NCBI RefSeq assembly: GCF_000143415.4
Contig: NW_003314357.1
Location: forward strand, 328,269-392,268
Origin: Selaginella moellendorffii
Taxonomy: Eukaryota; Plantae; Lycopodiophyta
Direction: 5' to 3'
Length of the DNA: 64,000 bases
In this document: positions 60,909-64,000 of the stretch, piece after piece
Numbering within the stretch: position 1 is the stretch's first letter
Layout of the letters: each line of letters opens with the position of its first letter
Program-made: the position numbers and the translations under genes
Notes under the pieces: model-generated
Databases searched by the model: none
Seen by the model: only the letters and a program-made list of their open reading frames with translations
What the model was told of the DNA's origin: nothing

Positions 60909-63456
60909 GGAGGGGGTGTTGTCAGGAATCCCCCAATTCTTGCCACATTCCTGACTCTCGCCGGATTCCTGACCTGCAGACCACATTCCTGACTCTCGAG
61001 ACACTTCTCTATTCCTGACTCTCGAGACACTTCCCTATTCCTGACTCTCGAGACACTTCCCTATTCCTGACTCTCGAGACACTTCCCGATTCCTGAGTCT
61101 CGAGCCTCATTCCTGATGATGATGTGGCGCCTCCTCGACCTCAGCTGTATTTAGGCTGTCCTCGATCCAAGAGTGGTGGAGCTTCATCAACCTATAGTAT
61201 ATATAGGTTAGCCTTGTTCCATTTCTCCACAATCTGAATCAACACCAGTCTAAGGCCTCTTCTTTGTTTTCACTAGCTTTTTCTCTTTGTCTTTAGCATT
61301 TTCCAGTCTTGATTTTGTTGGGGGTCTTGACACCACCCACACTTGGACTGAGAGCATCGGCCAGTCGATCTCCCGGGGGAACTAGAGCTAGCTCTTGAAC
61401 ACTTCACCAAGCTACCCTGCTTGTCAATCCGTGTTCACTCTAGTCTTGGACTTCCCAGTGGGCAGCTCATCACCCAACACTGGGTACAACCTTCCTGGGC
61501 CAAACTAGCCTTTCCTAGCCAAACTAACTCCACTATAATCCTCCCCCTTACTATACTTTTGGAGCTCACCAAACCCCCTAGGGTCTGGGAGATGAACGCT
61601 TTGGGCTTTCACCCTCTCAGACTCGAACTTGGACTCAAACTCGGACTCGGACTCGGACTTAGGCTTGGGCTCGGTCTCGGCCTCAGCCTCGGTCTCGGTC
61701 TTGGTCCCGGTCTCGATCTCAGTCTCGGTCCTGGTCTCGGTCCCGGTCTCGGTCTCGACTTCGGAATCCGTCTTGGGTCCTTCTCGGACTCCATCTCAAA
61801 CTCCATCTCAGGTCCATCTTAGACTCAATCTCGGACTCTATCTCGGGTCCATCTCGGACTCCATCTCGGGTCCATCTCGGGTCCATCTCGGGTCCATCTC
61901 GGACTCCAGCTTGGGTCCATCTCGGACTCCATCTCGGACTCCATCTTGGACTCCATCTTGGGTCCATCTCGGACTCCATCTCGGGTCCATCTCAGACTCC
62001 ATCTCAGGTCCATCTCGGACTCCATTTCAGGTCCATCTCGGACTCCATCTCGAACACCATCTCGGACTCCATCTCGGGTCCATCTCAGGTCCATATTGTG
62101 TCCCTTTTCTAGAGACTCTTTTATTGTTCACGTCATGCTCGATCCTTGAGCACTCCATTGGGAGTTCCACTCCCGCTCTTGACCTTTCAAGTCGGAGCCT
62201 TTTAGTCCAAACGTGTTACGCTCGTTTGGCTTTCGCTTCGGCTACTACCATGTGGCACCCTTTTGGCTCCACTTTGGGGCTTAGGGATTTGTGTCTCACA
62301 CATGGCACCTGCAATGAGAACGAGGCACAAGCGGAGAGTTTTGCTATAATGGAATGCCAGGGGATTCATTGGACAAGACAAGTCCATCAAACAAGACCAG
62401 AAAAAGAAGAAGCACCAAAGAACGGCAAGTCCAGGAAGCCCAAGCGAGAAGTTTGATCGCGCCTTCCTGATGACGGACAAAGTTCTCTGGGCGGTTGCAA
62501 GCGTTCCACCACTCAAAAGCCAGCTAACCCGCAGACGTGGCTACTGTTTCTTGCTCCATTCCTTGCATGCAGATAACCTCGAATAACAGAGCCTGTATGA
62601 ATCGAAAGATATCAGTCCTTCCTGTTGCTTATTGCATTTTAGAGAACCCAAACCCAAAACCAGCAAAACCAAAAGCTCGAGAAGAATCAAGTGATGAAGA
62701 AGACTGAAAACTTAACAAAAGCTCAAGGCAAGATAAGAGAAAACAATCACAAAGAGAGAAGAAAGAAAAGCTCTATTTCGTTAAAGTGGGATTTATTCAG
62801 TAAAATGGGACTAGGTACAAATTTTCAAGTATTTGAAAATGACGTGAAATTATATGTTTTTTGTCCAGGGGCTAGACATATCTGGGGCATGGTGACTAGC
62901 GCGGTGACTTTGTGTCCAGACTGAGTCCATCTGGTTGTATAAAAAATCTCATTGTCAAGGTGAACAAGCCGAATCTGAAGCTAAAGAAGAGCGATGGCAT
63001 GCGCGCACACACTATTTGTTTGTTCATTGAGCGTGTGGTGAGCTTTCCAAGATGAACGTCATTCCTATTAGCCAGACATATAACTTAATGGTGAGAACAT
63101 TTAGATATTATTCAATGTTATCTTTTTCTAACGAATCTAATTGTGAAGGTGTAGCAAGAGGCATTGCTAGTCTGGAGAAGTCATTTAACTCATTTGACCC
63201 TTAGTGTATTTTCATGAAACTAAATAACATTCATATTATTAAGGAATTTCTCTAGTACCTTTTTTTTACGACATAGAGGCTTGCATTTCTTTCAAAGGTG
63301 ATTTAGTAAAAGGCCTGAGGGCACATGCCATTCTATTTCTCAGACCGGTATTAAGATATACTAGTGCAAAGGGCCACATGCCATCACGCCTCCTCTGATT
63401 CAGATTCGGATTGTTCACCTTGAAATAAAATACATTAGAAACTTAGTAAAGGAATA

Positions 63457-64000
63457 TTAATGAATCTCACCTTGAACCCGGGTTATGAATGCTCTTGCTG
63501 CATCTCTTGCATGGTCTGGCAAGGTGATGGTGGCACTCTGCTTCCGCATCCAACCATGCACAACATTATCCACCGATATGCTCATGCTGGGATCCCTTGG
63601 ATTCAGCACCCATCTCTTTTCTAGGCAATCCTTCGTATATCCGGAACTTGGCTTGAACCACTCCACAGTTACATTGAAGGAGTTAGTTTCCGCGTCCTCC
63701 TCTGCATCAGTGATGCAGCGCCCCACCCATATCATTTGTTTTTTATTACTGGGTCTGACAAGCACGACCATTCCTTTGCAGACCTGTACTGGATTGAATG
63801 CTGAATCCGGCTTCTTGTTCCTCGGCCCACAATAGTGATCCTCAACATCGTTATCTGTCACTGCATTTCCAGAGGACATTGTTCCGCTACTATCTGGTGC
63901 TCTGGGTTCTGGCCAAAAGGACTCTTCCAATTCTTCATATACAACCGGCCCATTTTGGATAGCAGATATAATCTTCTCCCAGTATTCGAGCAAAGGCTTG
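63457..64000 (-). CDS. 3' end of an uncharacterised protein (possibly transposon-associated), truncated by the window edge
   Basis: Open >178-aa frame with globular, Trp-rich composition (GMVVLVRP..IWVGR..VTVEWFKP..KRWVLNP); start lies outside the window. Confidence 0.55.
   Translation of the reverse strand, partial: KPLLEYWEKIISAIQNGPVVYEELEESFWPEPRAPDSSGTMSSGNAVTDNDVEDHYCGPRNKKPDSAFNPVQVCKGMVVLVRPSNKKQMIWVGRCITDAEEDAETNSFNVTVEWFKPSSGYTKDCLEKRWVLNPRDPSMSISVDNVVHGWMRKQSATITLPDHARDAARAFITRVQGEIH

Larger units (their letters stand above)
55734..61332 (+). mobile_element. Full-length young Ty3/gypsy chromovirus (Tcn1/Tf1-sushi-like); LTRs 55734-56094 and 60920-61332
   Basis: TG...CA LTRs nearly identical apart from repeat-unit number, TSD CCACC, PPT GAGGAGGGGG, gag-PR-RT-RH-IN-chromodomain order. 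Confidence 0.96.
55017..62300. mobile_element. Family-C solo LTR (55017-55733 + 61333-62300), host of the chromovirus; contains (CTCGGA/CTCCAT)n minisatellite at ~61615-62092
   Basis: TGTAAG...CTCACA termini, perfect TSD CATGG (55012-55016, 62301-62305). Confidence 0.88.

Overview
Eukaryotic land-plant genomic DNA. The very short introns, 60-170 bp intergenic gaps and style of the PLS-PPR genes suggest a lycophyte such as Selaginella (inference). There are two compact gene islands. The first (~1-12 kb) holds an HMA protein, a B3/REM protein, a DUF4057 protein, an ABI3-like B3 transcription factor, SPC12, a PLS-E PPR, an unknown ORF, a stand-alone two-S1 PSRP-7-like protein and a chimeric OTU pseudogene. 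The second (18.5-23.9 kb) holds MAM33, a TVP38/TMEM64 protein, CYP28 and a PLS-E PPR. The rest is a nested transposon landscape whose boundaries can largely be fixed by target-site duplications (TSDs). Highlights: (1) a short-LTR element carrying a 5S rRNA internal-promoter segment in its LTR (Cassandra-like but differently arranged); (2) an inversion between two tail-to-tail LTR elements, shown by reciprocally swapped TSDs, chimeric LTRs and a flipped host fragment; (3) a young chromovirus with a self-priming, tRNA-independent PBS and a PEG10-type GGGAAAC/pseudoknot -1 frameshift signal; (4) ~350-bp elements with Helentron/HINE-type termini.
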